Below, in pieces: positions 1-8,901 of a DNA stretch of 64,000 nt. Source of the DNA: Spirochaetia bacterium (GTDB taxonomy: Bacteria > Spirochaetota > Spirochaetia > SZUA-6 > Bin103); NCBI GenBank assembly GCA_965198005.1, contig CBDAOI010000002.1:96001-160000 (forward strand), written 5' to 3'. Below the pieces are notes generated by a model. The model ran no database searches and was not told where the DNA came from. It saw nothing but the letters and a program-made list of their open reading frames with translations. The translations under genes and the position numbers were made by a program. Position 1 is the stretch's first letter, and each line of letters begins with the position of its first letter.

Positions 1-204
1 GCGCGCTAGCATGGCCTCATCCGCGTCCACGGCCAGCAGCGAGAGCGAGGGGTAGCGGTCCAGGAAGCGCGCGGCATGGCCGCCGTCGCCCACGGTGCCG
101 TCGAGCAGCAGTCCGCCGCACGGCGGCGGCGCCAGCCATTCCAGACATTCATCGACCAGTACCGGGGTGTGGGGTGCAGCGTCCGCATCAGAACTTGATC
201 GCAC
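1..204 (-). CDS. rsmH: 16S rRNA m4C1402 methyltransferase RsmH (MraW), 5' part; runs off the window edge
   Basis: Frame not in the ORF track: GTG at 204 reads ...HTPVLVDECLEWL...LLDGTVGDGGHAARFL...LLAVDAD (HxPVL and D-T-G-GGH motifs); directly downstream of mraZ. Confidence 0.88.
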   Translation of the reverse strand, partial: MRSSSDADAAPHTPVLVDECLEWLAPPPCGGLLLDGTVGDGGHAARFLDRYPSLSLLAVDADEAMLAR

Positions 205-628
205 CGCCGAATTCCTCAGCGGCCTCCTTGAAGAGGGAATCGCTCTCCTCCAGATAGGTCGCGTAGGTGGCCTCGTCCCAGATCTCCACCCACTTGATCA
301 TTCCGAGAATGGTGCAATCCTTGCTGAGCCCCGCGTACAGGCGCAGGCTCTGTGGAATCGCGATCCGGCCGCTGCGATCGATCTCGGCCTCCTGCGCCGG
401 CGCCAGAATCCGCCGCTGAATGAGCCTGGCCTTCTCTTGGAACGGCGACAGGTTGCCGATAAGGTGTTCGGATATGTGGCGCCACTCCTCGGCGGGAAAC
501 AACCACAGACAGCGGTCGACGCCGCGCGTGAGGATCATGACGTTGCCGGTGACCACCGAACGCACCTTGGCCGGGACCATCAGGCGGCCCTTCTCGTCGA
601 GCGCGTATCGGTACTCACCGGTAATCAT
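188..628 (-). CDS. mraZ: Division/cell wall cluster repressor MraZ
   Basis: 146 aa with two SpoVT/AbrB repeats, LDEKGRLMVP and IDRSGRIAIP, plus VEIWD; upstream of rsmH. Confidence 0.96.
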   Translation of the reverse strand: MITGEYRYALDEKGRLMVPAKVRSVVTGNVMILTRGVDRCLWLFPAEEWRHISEHLIGNLSPFQEKARLIQRRILAPAQEAEIDRSGRIAIPQSLRLYAGLSKDCTILGMIKWVEIWDEATYATYLEESDSLFKEAAEEFGGAIKF

Positions 629-678
629 GTTCAGTTCGCCCTATCCGGCGGACAGGCGGTAATCCTCGGCTTTATTTA

Positions 679-729
679 CCACCATAATCCAACAAATCCC
701 ACTTTCTCCCACCTGGCCACCCTTGTCAA
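679..729 (-). promoter_or_regulatory. mraZ promoter with MraZ-binding direct repeats
   Basis: Minus-strand GTGG/TTGG boxes at exact 10-bp spacing (plus-strand ccac 679, ccaa 689, ccac 699, ccac 709) and TTGACA at 729-724. Confidence 0.8.
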
Positions 730-896
730 CAACCCTCCGGCCCCTGATTCGCGGTTTTTGGGGCGACAATTTTCAAAACACCTTGAACTTTGTAGGGGTG
801 TTGTGGGCTTCCGGGGGTGGGCAAGCGGAAAAGCGGGTGCGGGCTTGCTCTCGGCGCGTTGCCGGGTTATGGTACTGGGAGAGAGCCGATAGTCCC

Positions 897-1229
897 TTGT
901 ATCGCGTGTATTTCAAATGGAAGGGTAAGGAGGTCCAGCTCGCCGCCAGGAGCCTCGATCTCACGCATCCCTATTTCGTCTCCATCAAGGACATAGTCTT
1001 TGAGCGCCACCAGCAGTTGATCATCAACCCGTCGGAGGAGGACCTGCGCCGCACGTTCGGCAGCGCCGAGCATCTGATGATCCCGTTCCAGACGGTGTCG
1101 CTGATCGAGGAATTTCCCGACTCCGCGGTGGACCGGATCCGGCCGTTCACGCTGGTGAACGAGCTGGCGGACGATGCGGAGGCCACCGAGCCGGCGCTGG
1201 ACCGCGACGACTCCCCGCCGGTGGACTAG
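897..1229 (+). CDS. DUF1820-family protein
   Basis: LYRVYF...IINPSEEDLRRTF...MIPFQTVSLIEEF resembles DUF1820; TTG start at 897 after GGAGAG, inside ORF 723..1229. Confidence 0.7.
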   Translation: MYRVYFKWKGKEVQLAARSLDLTHPYFVSIKDIVFERHQQLIINPSEEDLRRTFGSAEHLMIPFQTVSLIEEFPDSAVDRIRPFTLVNELADDAEATEPALDRDDSPPVD

Positions 1230-1236
1230 GCGCGGA

Positions 1237-2928
1237 TCAGCCGCGCCCCCCGTGCCGGGCCAGCAGCTCGGCCGCGTGCCGCAGCGAGACCTCGGCCCGG
1301 TGGTCGCCGGACAGCATGCGGGCCAGTTCCGCGATCCGCCGGTCGCCGGTGATCGCGGCGATCTCGGTTACGGTGCGGCCGTCGCGTTCCCGCTTCATCA
1401 CCTGCAGGTGGGTGTGCGCGCGCGCCGCCAGCGTGGCGAGGTGGGTGATGCACAGGATCTGCCGCTGCCGGGCCACGTGCGCCAGCTTGTCGCCCACCGC
1501 CAGGGCCACGGTACCGCCGATGCCGGCGTCCACCTCGTCGAATACGAGCGTGCCGACCGGGTCGGCGGCGGAGAACACCGACTTCAACGCCAGCATGACG
1601 CGCGAGATTTCCCCGCCCGACGCGATGGCGCGCAACGGCTTGAGCGGCTCCCCGGCATTGGCGGTGAACCGGAAGGCCACGCTCTCGGCGCCGGTCGCGG
1701 CAATCGCCGGAGACCGGTCGCGGGTGCGCGGCTCGAGCGCCACCGCAAATCGCGCCCGCGGCATGCCCAGCGCCCGCAACTCGCGCTGCACCTCCCGGCG
1801 CAGCCGGTCGGCGACGTCCCGGCGGCCGGCGGACAGCTCTGCCGCGGCGGCCCGCAGTTCACGCTCGAGCTGTTGCTCCCGTTGCGCTGCGCGGGTGCGT
1901 TCGGCGCCGCTGTGCTCCAGCCCGGCCAGCTCGGTCCGGGCTCGTTCGGCATGGTTCAGCACCGCCGCCACCGAGGCGCCGTACTTGCGTTGCAGCGCGC
2001 GAATCAGATCGAGTCGGGCGTGCACCGCGTCCAGCCGGTCGCGGTCGAAGAACATCCGGTCCCGGTAACCGCGCACGCTGTCCGCCATGTCCTCGAGCTC
2101 GTAGAACGCGGCTTCAACCCGCTCCCGATGGGGTGCGAACACCGGGTCGAGCGCGGTCAGCCCCTCCAGGTCGGCCAGCACCGCGCGCAGCGTGGCCAGC
2201 GCGCCGCCCCCCGCCTCCGCGGTGCGCTCGTACAGGGCGTGCACCGCGGCGCTGATCCGCTCGTGGCCGGCCAGCCGGCGCTGTTCCTGCTCCAGTTCCT
2301 GCTCCTCGTCCGGCGCGAGGCCGGCGGCGTCGATCTCGCCGATCGCGTGCCGCAGCAGCTCCAGCTCGTGCGCGCGCACCGCGGCGCCGCTCTCCAGTTC
2401 GCGCCGGCGGGCGCGGGTCGCCGCCAGCTCCGCGTGCAGCGCCGCCACCCGTCCGGCCAGCGGTTCCTGCCCGGCGTAGCGGTCCAGCAACCGGCGGTGC
2501 TGCTCGGCCCGCAGCAGCGACTGATGCTCGTGCTGACCGTGCAGGTCGAACAGGGCCTGGCCGAACTGCGCGAGCTGCGCGGCCGGCACCGGCACGCCGC
2601 CGATGAAGCTGGCCGCGCGGCCGCCGCGGCGCAGCGTGCGGCGCAGGATCACGCCGTCGTCCTCGGGCGTCAGCTCGCGCTCGGCAAGCCACGCGCGCAA
2701 CAGGTCGGCGTCGTGGTCGAGCCGGACGACCGCGCTTACCTGGGCGCTGTCGGCGCCGGTGCGGATGTCCGCGGCGCCCGCGCGCGCCCCCAGGAGCAGC
2801 CCCAGGGCGCCGATGATGATCGACTTGCCGGCGCCGGTCTCGCCGGTAAGGACGTTGAGGTGGGGGCCGAACTGGATCTCGAGGTGTTCGATCAGGGCAA
2901 AGTCGCGTACCGCCAGCGACTCAAGCAC
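1237..2928 (-). CDS. recN: DNA repair protein RecN
   Basis: LTGETGAGKS Walker A, DLHGQHEHQ, ASGGEISR, FDEVDAGIGG, ITHL. Confidence 0.96.
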   Translation of the reverse strand: MLESLAVRDFALIEHLEIQFGPHLNVLTGETGAGKSIIIGALGLLLGARAGAADIRTGADSAQVSAVVRLDHDADLLRAWLAERELTPEDDGVILRRTLRRGGRAASFIGGVPVPAAQLAQFGQALFDLHGQHEHQSLLRAEQHRRLLDRYAGQEPLAGRVAALHAELAATRARRRELESGAAVRAHELELLRHAIGEIDAAGLAPDEEQELEQEQRRLAGHERISAAVHALYERTAEAGGGALATLRAVLADLEGLTALDPVFAPHRERVEAAFYELEDMADSVRGYRDRMFFDRDRLDAVHARLDLIRALQRKYGASVAAVLNHAERARTELAGLEHSGAERTRAAQREQQLERELRAAAAELSAGRRDVADRLRREVQRELRALGMPRARFAVALEPRTRDRSPAIAATGAESVAFRFTANAGEPLKPLRAIASGGEISRVMLALKSVFSAADPVGTLVFDEVDAGIGGTVALAVGDKLAHVARQRQILCITHLATLAARAHTHLQVMKRERDGRTVTEIAAITGDRRIAELARMLSGDHRAEVSLRHAAELLARHGGRG

Positions 2929-3790
2929 GCGGCTCCCCCGCCCAATCCAGCTTGGCGCGCAACACCTGGTAGAAGTTGCGCTCGCCGGAACGGATGATGT
3001 GCGTGCGGTGCACCGAGCGCGCGAACGTGACGCGGTCTCCCGGCCGGAGCTGCGCCTCCTCGACGCCGTCCACCATGAGGCTGATCCCGGTGCGCTGGGC
3101 GGTCTCGACCTCCACCTCCACCGGCCGGTCGGCGGGCACCACCAGCGGCCGGTTCGACAGCGTGAACGGGCAGATCGGCGTGATCACGAACGCGTCCATC
3201 TCCGGATGCAGGATCGGACCGCCGGCGGCCATCGCGTAGGCGGTGGAGCCGGTCGGCGTGGCAACGATCATCCCGTCGGCGCGATAGTTCGCCACCGCGG
3301 TGCCGAACATGTACACCCGCAGGCGGATGATCTTGGACCGGCCGTGGGCGGCGATCACGGTATCGTTGAGGGCGTCGACGCTGTTCTCGACCCGGTCGCC
3401 GGCGCGTGTGATGCGGGTTTCGAGCATGATGCGCGTGGAGACGCCGAGCGTCCCGGCAGCGTAGGCGGTATAGACGTCGCGCCATTCCGCCGCCGGGATT
3501 TCGGTAATGAACCCCACCGTGCCGAGGTTGACCGGAAGAATCGGGACGTCGCTTCCCGCCAGCAGGCGCGCGCAGTTCAGCAGCGTGCCGTCGCCGCCGA
3601 AGGAGATCGCCAGGTCGGTATCGTGCGGCACGGCCACCGCCGGGCGGGCGCCGTCGCCGAACTCCGCCTCGATCAGGGCAACCCGCTCGCGCCGGAAGAA
3701 GTGCCGCAGGTCGGCCACGAATTCGGCGCTCGCACGGGCCGTGTTGAGCAGCGCGAACACCTTGCGGATGGTTCGGGGCGATGGGTTCAT
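2921..3790 (-). CDS. nadK: NAD(+) kinase
   Basis: GGDGT, NLGTVGF, ALND, ATPTGSTAY, AGGP motifs; overlaps the recN start; TATAAT (minus) at 3803-3808. Confidence 0.95.
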   Translation of the reverse strand: MNPSPRTIRKVFALLNTARASAEFVADLRHFFRRERVALIEAEFGDGARPAVAVPHDTDLAISFGGDGTLLNCARLLAGSDVPILPVNLGTVGFITEIPAAEWRDVYTAYAAGTLGVSTRIMLETRITRAGDRVENSVDALNDTVIAAHGRSKIIRLRVYMFGTAVANYRADGMIVATPTGSTAYAMAAGGPILHPEMDAFVITPICPFTLSNRPLVVPADRPVEVEVETAQRTGISLMVDGVEEAQLRPGDRVTFARSVHRTHIIRSGERNFYQVLRAKLDWAGEPRA

Positions 3791-3882
3791 CGGCGCCCTG
3801 CTATTATAGCCGCTAGAGTCGGTATAACCAGGCCGCCAAGGCTGCCCAGGGCCGCCGGGACGGCCGCCGGGCGCCCGGGGCG

Positions 3883-5115
3883 CTACGGCAGGGTGGCCAG
3901 GACGCGCGCGATCTGGCCGGCGGCGGCGTCGGACAGGGTCGGGTGCATCGGGAACAGGATGCAGCGCCGGGCCAGGTCCGCGGCCGCGTGCAGGTCGAAC
4001 GGTTCCGTGGCGGCAGAGTCCGGTGCGCCGGGTTCGGGCGCGACCTGCGCTACGGCGCAGCCGTCGAACGCCAGCGCCGTTTCGACTCGGTGCCGGGAGG
4101 CGTACCGGCGCACGGCGGGCATGCCGTCCGCCACCACCACCGGGAACAGTTGGCCGGGCGCTGCCGCCGCGGCCACCCCGTCGCCGGCCGGCGCCGGGGC
4201 CAGCGTGCGATGCCGGCTGCGCGCCAAAGCGTCACGGAACAGGGTGGCCAAGTGCGCGCACCGGCGGCGATAGTCGGCCAGCTCGGGAAGCTGGGCCAGG
4301 GTGAGGGCGGCGTTCATGTCGGCCAGCTCGGTGCACCCGCGCGCAGCCGGGTAGTCCGCCAGGAACCGCTGGAGCCGGCGGCGGCGCGCCAGCACCAGCG
4401 CGCCGGCGGCGGCGGTAATTGCGCCCTCGGGCGCCAGCGCCATGACTACCACCTCACCGGCGCGGCCGGGCGCCGTGGGAAGGGCGGGCGGCGAGTCGCC
4501 GCCGGCCGCCGAACCCGTGCCGGCGCCATTGCTGCGGGCGACCTCACGCGTGCTCACGCGCCCGCCGCCGGCGTCGCTCACGGCGCCGAGCGCAGTGGAG
4601 GTGACATCCTCGACCATGGGCAGGCCAAGCTCACGCAGGACGTCGAGCGGTTCGGTCTGCCCCAATGGGTGATGCACCACCAGCGCCACCGGTTTCGGTC
4701 CCTGCTCCGGTTCGGTTGCGGCCAGCCGCCGCAACCGGTCGAGACACAGCGTGCCGGAATCGGGATCGACCTCCACCAGCACCGGAGTCAGCCCGAGCCG
4801 CCGGGCGGCGCGCACGTAGCCGTACGGCACCAGCGCGGACATCAGCACCCGGCCGGGGCCGCGGCCGTCGCCCTGCTCGTCGCCGGCGGTCACCGCCTCC
4901 AGCGCCGCCCCGAGCGCGGCGCCTTCGTCGGCCATGGCCGCGCCGCCGAGCAGGCCCAGCCGGACGGCCAGCTCGCGCACCAGCCTGCGCGCCAGAGCTC
5001 CCGGCCCGATCGCCTCCGACACCAGACATTCCAGCACTGCGTGCATCTGCCGGCGGCGGATCGTGGGGCGAAACAACGGTACCGCCTCGGGCTGTCGATT
5101 GCCGGTCTCGCGCAC
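3883..5115 (-). CDS. DegT/DnrJ/EryC1/StrS aminotransferase-like protein (start uncertain)
   Basis: VPLFRPTI, PVLVEVDP, LPMVED, DMNAAL, LFPMHPTLS; GTG 5115 chosen to avoid overlap with pcm. Confidence 0.75.
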   Translation of the reverse strand: MRETGNRQPEAVPLFRPTIRRRQMHAVLECLVSEAIGPGALARRLVRELAVRLGLLGGAAMADEGAALGAALEAVTAGDEQGDGRGPGRVLMSALVPYGYVRAARRLGLTPVLVEVDPDSGTLCLDRLRRLAATEPEQGPKPVALVVHHPLGQTEPLDVLRELGLPMVEDVTSTALGAVSDAGGGRVSTREVARSNGAGTGSAAGGDSPPALPTAPGRAGEVVVMALAPEGAITAAAGALVLARRRRLQRFLADYPAARGCTELADMNAALTLAQLPELADYRRRCAHLATLFRDALARSRHRTLAPAPAGDGVAAAAAPGQLFPVVVADGMPAVRRYASRHRVETALAFDGCAVAQVAPEPGAPDSAATEPFDLHAAADLARRCILFPMHPTLSDAAAGQIARVLATLP

Positions 5116-5198
5116 GCCCGCGCGGCGGATGCCGGCCCGCCGGACATGCGGCTGCCGGATGGCGGCGGCGGCGGCGCCGGTCTGCCGAATGCGCGCCA

Positions 5199-5882
5199 CT
5201 AAGCGGTGCTCCCGGCGGCGGCGCTGCCGCGGCTGCTTACCAACGGCACGAAGCGGCACGCCACGCCGGCGCTGACCTCGAACCGTGCTCCCCGGCGCCG
5301 CACGATCTGCAACCGCTGCCCGGCCTCGACCCCCACCGGCATCACCAGGATTCCGTCATCGGCCAACTGCTCGCGCAGCGGCGCCGGTACCGCCGGCGCC
5401 CCCGCCGTCACGAGAATGCGGTCGAACGGCCCCGCGTCGCGCCAGTCCGACACACCGTCTCCCACCCGCGCATGCACATTGAAAAAGCCCAGCTCCCGCA
5501 GTGCGGCCACCGCCTGGACCGACAGCGGCGCGATCCGTTCGATGGTGTAGAGCTCGGCCACCAGCCGCGCGAGCACCGCCGACTGATAGCCGCTGCCGCT
5601 GCCTACCTCCAGCACCCGTTCGTGACCGTGCAGCTCCAGCAGCTCGGTCATCAGTGCCACCATGTACGGCTGCGACATGGTCTGGCCGTAGCCGATCGGA
5701 ATCGGGGCGTCGTGGTAGCATGCGGCCGGGTCGCGGCCGGGAGCGAAGCGGTGGCGCGGGACGGTACGCATCGCCGCCAGCACCCGCTCGTCGCAGACGC
5801 CGCGGGCCGCGAGCTGGCACTCCACCATGCGCGCCGCCAAGCCGGAGACCGCGGCGGGCTCGGCCGGCGTAACGGCGGTCAC
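5199..5882 (-). CDS. pcm: Protein-L-isoaspartate O-methyltransferase
   Basis: VPRHRF, PIGYGQTMSQP, VLEVGSGSGYQ, GPFDRILVTA, RFVPLV. Confidence 0.95.
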   Translation of the reverse strand: MTAVTPAEPAAVSGLAARMVECQLAARGVCDERVLAAMRTVPRHRFAPGRDPAACYHDAPIPIGYGQTMSQPYMVALMTELLELHGHERVLEVGSGSGYQSAVLARLVAELYTIERIAPLSVQAVAALRELGFFNVHARVGDGVSDWRDAGPFDRILVTAGAPAVPAPLREQLADDGILVMPVGVEAGQRLQIVRRRGARFEVSAGVACRFVPLVSSRGSAAAGSTA

Positions 5883-5897
5883 GCGCGCCAGCCGCCG

Positions 5898-6104
5898 CTA
5901 GGACGAGACGACCGCGTCGGCAGCCCGGGTCGCGCCTCGCACCCGCGCGTCCTTGGCGTGCAGCCTGGATAGCTTGTAACTCTTCAACAGGATACGGATC
6001 GCGTCATTCACCGCTTCCGCTCGGTCGTGGTAGAATCCCCGCCGGATCATCTCATCCAGCCCCTCCAGCAGATACTCCGACGTCTCGACGTACGCTTTTG
6101 ACAC
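5898..6104 (-). CDS. Small ribbon-helix-helix (CopG-like) protein
   Basis: 68 aa, LLEGLDEMIRRGFYHDRAEAVNDAIRILL; GAGGAGG RBS upstream. Confidence 0.7.
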   Translation of the reverse strand: MSKAYVETSEYLLEGLDEMIRRGFYHDRAEAVNDAIRILLKSYKLSRLHAKDARVRGATRAADAVVSS

Positions 6105-6148
6105 TGGCTTCCCCTCCTCACCCGGTGTACCCGATACGATCGGTCCGT

Positions 6149-6222
6149 TGGGCCTGGCTAGAATTGAACTAGCGACCTCACGCTTATCAGGCGTGCGCTC
6201 TGACCAACTGAGCTACAGGCCC
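6149..6222 (-). tRNA. tRNA-Ile (GAT), CCA not encoded
   Basis: Reverse complement GGGCCTGTAGCTCAGTTGGTCAGAGCGCACGCCTGATAAGCGTGAGGTCGCTAGTTCAATTCTAGCCAGGCCCA folds as a cloverleaf with anticodon GAT. Confidence 0.96.
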
Positions 6223-6317
6223 GCGCTCCCGCGGTACCGACCAACGGCCGATATGACCGATGATGGCGCGGCCGGCCGCCCCTGTCAACGGCCCGCGGAT
6301 CACTTGGATCACTTCGG

Positions 6318-6662
6318 TCAATCGGAGGAATCGGCAGCCGCCGGGTCCTCGCGCGACTGCTCCAGCGCCTGCTCCTTGTCCTTGATGCGGCGCTCGAGAT
6401 CGGCCAGCTCGGCAACCAGCTCTTTCACCCCCGCCGTGTTGCGGGATACGGTGTTCTGGTTGCGCTTGCTGAGCGCGTCGTAGACCTCGGCGCCGAGGCG
6501 CGTCATCAGTTTCGCCGACTGCCGCTCAAGCTGGATCAGGTCGAACTTGAGCACGCCCTTCTCGCCCAGGTCCTTGGCGCCCCCGCGCGCCTTGTCGAGC
6601 ACACCGCGCGAGGCATCGAGCCCCTGCTCCATCACCTTCTCGATTCGGGTCCAAAGCGTCAT
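6318..6662 (-). CDS. Hypothetical coiled-coil protein
   Basis: 114 aa helical ORF with AGGAG RBS and host-like codon usage. Confidence 0.75.
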   Translation of the reverse strand: MTLWTRIEKVMEQGLDASRGVLDKARGGAKDLGEKGVLKFDLIQLERQSAKLMTRLGAEVYDALSKRNQNTVSRNTAGVKELVAELADLERRIKDKEQALEQSREDPAAADSSD

Positions 6663-6795
6663 GCGACTTCTCCTCGATCAGCCGCCGCGGCGGCTGCTGA
6701 CTCGCTGGTAAATGTACCGAGGAGGCCGGTCGCCGACTACCGGGAACTCACGGAACTCACTGCGCGGCAGAATCCCGCGAATCCCGCCGACCCCT

Positions 6796-6824
6796 TTGCA
6801 TGCACGGCGCCGGGTACTTAGAAT
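6796..6824 (+). promoter_or_regulatory. Putative sigma70 promoter of ahcY-adk
   Basis: TTGCAT (6796) - 17 bp - TAGAAT (6819), ending 22 bp before ATG 6847. Confidence 0.6.
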
Positions 6825-6846
6825 CCTCAGGATACCTGTACTGCGA

Positions 6847-8127
6847 ATGACCGAGGCCTTCAAGATAAAGGATCCCGCCCTGGCCGAGCAGGGCGCGCTC
6901 AAGCTGCGCTGGGCCGAGTCGCGGATGCCCGTGCTCGCCAGTCTGCGCAGCGAGTACGAGCAGACCAGACCGCTGGCGGGGCAGCGCATCGCGGGGTGCC
7001 TGCACGTCACCAAGGAAACCGGCGTGTTGATCCGGACGCTGCGCGCGGCCGGTGCCGAGCTGGCGTGGTGCGGCTGCAACCCGCTGTCCACCCAGGACGA
7101 CGTGGCCGCGGCGCTGGCCGCGGAAGATACCAGCATCTTCGCCTGGCACGGGCTGTCGGTGGACGAGTTCTACTGGTGCATCGACGCCACCCTGGAGCTC
7201 CAGCCGACGCTGACACTGGACGATGGCGCGGACCTGATCTTTCGCGCGCACGCCCGCTATCCCGAACTGGCCGACCGCATCCGCGGCGGCACCGAGGAGA
7301 CCACCACCGGCGTGCAGCGGCTGCAGGCGATGGCCGACGAGGGCAAGCTGCGCTACCCGGTGGTGGCGGTGAACAACGCCGAGACCAAGTGGGAATTCGA
7401 CAACGTCTACGGCACCGGCCAGTCCGCGCTGGACGGCATCCTGCGCGCCACCTCGATCCTGCTGGCGGGCAAGAACCTGGTGGTGGCCGGCTTCGGCCAT
7501 TGCGGCCGCGGCACCGCGCAGCGCGCCCGTGGGCTCGGCGCGCACGTGATCGTGACCGAGGTGGATCCGGTCTCGGCGCTCAAGGCGACCCACGAAGGGT
7601 TTCGGGTGATGCCGATGGCGCAGGCCGCCGAGGTGGGCGACATCTTCATCACCACCACCGGCATGCGCGACGTGATTACCGGCGACCACTTCGAGCGCAT
7701 GCGCGACGGCGCGGTGATCTGCAACGCCGGCCACTACGACTGCGAGGTAAACCTCGACGACCTCGGCCAGTTGGCCGCGGCCCCGGTCGAGGTGCGCGCC
7801 AACAACCAGGAGTACCGCCTGCCCGACGGCCGGCGGGTGTACCTGCTGGCGCAGGGGCGGCTGGTCAACCTGGTCGCGGCCGAGGGGCACCCGTCCGAAG
7901 TGATGGACATGTCCTTCGCGCACCAGTTCCTGAGCATGGTGGCCTTGGCGCAGGGCAGCGTCGGCGGCACCGGGAGCGCCGGCGGGCTCGAGCACAGGGT
8001 CTACCCGGTGTCGCCCGACCAGGACGCCCGGATCGCGGCGATGAAGCTGCGGACCATGGGAATCGAGATCGACCGTCTCACCCCCGCGCAGCACGCCTAC
8101 CTGCGCGACTATTCGCAGGGCACCTGA
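6847..8127 (+). CDS. ahcY: Adenosylhomocysteinase
   Basis: CLHVTKET, CNPLSTQD, LDDGADL, EETTTG, FDNVYGTGQS, GRLVNL, GHPSEVMDMSF. Confidence 0.96.
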   Translation: MTEAFKIKDPALAEQGALKLRWAESRMPVLASLRSEYEQTRPLAGQRIAGCLHVTKETGVLIRTLRAAGAELAWCGCNPLSTQDDVAAALAAEDTSIFAWHGLSVDEFYWCIDATLELQPTLTLDDGADLIFRAHARYPELADRIRGGTEETTTGVQRLQAMADEGKLRYPVVAVNNAETKWEFDNVYGTGQSALDGILRATSILLAGKNLVVAGFGHCGRGTAQRARGLGAHVIVTEVDPVSALKATHEGFRVMPMAQAAEVGDIFITTTGMRDVITGDHFERMRDGAVICNAGHYDCEVNLDDLGQLAAAPVEVRANNQEYRLPDGRRVYLLAQGRLVNLVAAEGHPSEVMDMSFAHQFLSMVALAQGSVGGTGSAGGLEHRVYPVSPDQDARIAAMKLRTMGIEIDRLTPAQHAYLRDYSQGT

Positions 8128-8876
8128 TGAGTATCGGAAAGGGCGCGGCGCCCGCTACCGAAATCGCCGCCGCCGACGGCGCCGCCGCCCGGCCCGGGCC
8201 GGACCCGAGCACGCTGCCGTGCCCCTGCAACCTGGTGTTCCTCGGGCCGCCAGGCGCCGGCAAGGGCACCGTGACCGACCTGCTGTGCGCGCAGCTCGAC
8301 ATTCCCCACATTTCGACGGGCGAGATGTTCCGCCGGGCGATCAACGCCGGCAGCGAGCTCGGCCGGCAGGTGGCGCAGATCATCCGGCAGGGCCGTCTGG
8401 TTCCGGACCAGGTGACCGTGCGGCTGGTCCGGGAGCGGTTGGCGGCGGCCGACGTGCAACGCGGCTACCTGCTGGACGGCTTTCCGCGCACGCTGGACCA
8501 GGCGCAGGCGCTGGGCGATCTGGGTCCGGTCACCGCCGCCATCGATCTGGTGGTGAGCGACGACGAGATCGTGCGGCGGCTGACGGGCCGCCGCGTATGC
8601 GCCTGGGACGGGGAAACCTACCATCTGGAGAACCGTCCGCCGCGCCTGCCGGACGTCTGCGACCGCTGCGGCCGACCGCTGATCCAGCGCGACGACGACC
8701 AGCCGGAGGCGATCCGCCACCGGCTGCAGGTCTATCAGCGGCAGACCGCGCCGCTGACCCGGTTCTACCGCGAACGCGGCCTGCTGCACGGCGTCGACGG
8801 CAGTCCCGCCCCCGAGCGGGTACGGGACAGCATCCTCGACCTGCTGCCCACCCTGCCGGCCGCCGCGCCCGCGTAG
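8127..8876 (+). CDS. adk: Adenylate kinase (Zn-LID type)
   Basis: ATG overlaps the ahcY stop; LGPPGAGKGT, HISTGEMFR, LLDGFPRT, RDDD (C-terminal part of ORF 6996..8876). Confidence 0.95.
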   Translation: MSIGKGAAPATEIAAADGAAARPGPDPSTLPCPCNLVFLGPPGAGKGTVTDLLCAQLDIPHISTGEMFRRAINAGSELGRQVAQIIRQGRLVPDQVTVRLVRERLAAADVQRGYLLDGFPRTLDQAQALGDLGPVTAAIDLVVSDDEIVRRLTGRRVCAWDGETYHLENRPPRLPDVCDRCGRPLIQRDDDQPEAIRHRLQVYQRQTAPLTRFYRERGLLHGVDGSPAPERVRDSILDLLPTLPAAAPA

Positions 8877-8901
8877 CGCCCGGCTTGGTGACCACGCCCG
8901 G

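Noticed and set aside
6-188. 60-aa ORF after mraZ
   Set aside because: Wrong frame; the RsmH motifs are in the frame starting at GTG 204.
6149-6222. tRNA-Ile as the island attachment site
   Set aside because: Flanked by housekeeping genes; no repeat of its 3' end and no integrase seen in the window.
6680-6846. SAH riboswitch upstream of ahcY
   Set aside because: CCGAGGAGG is present, but the GAGGAGCG / CAGGCTC / GCGCTC elements are not.
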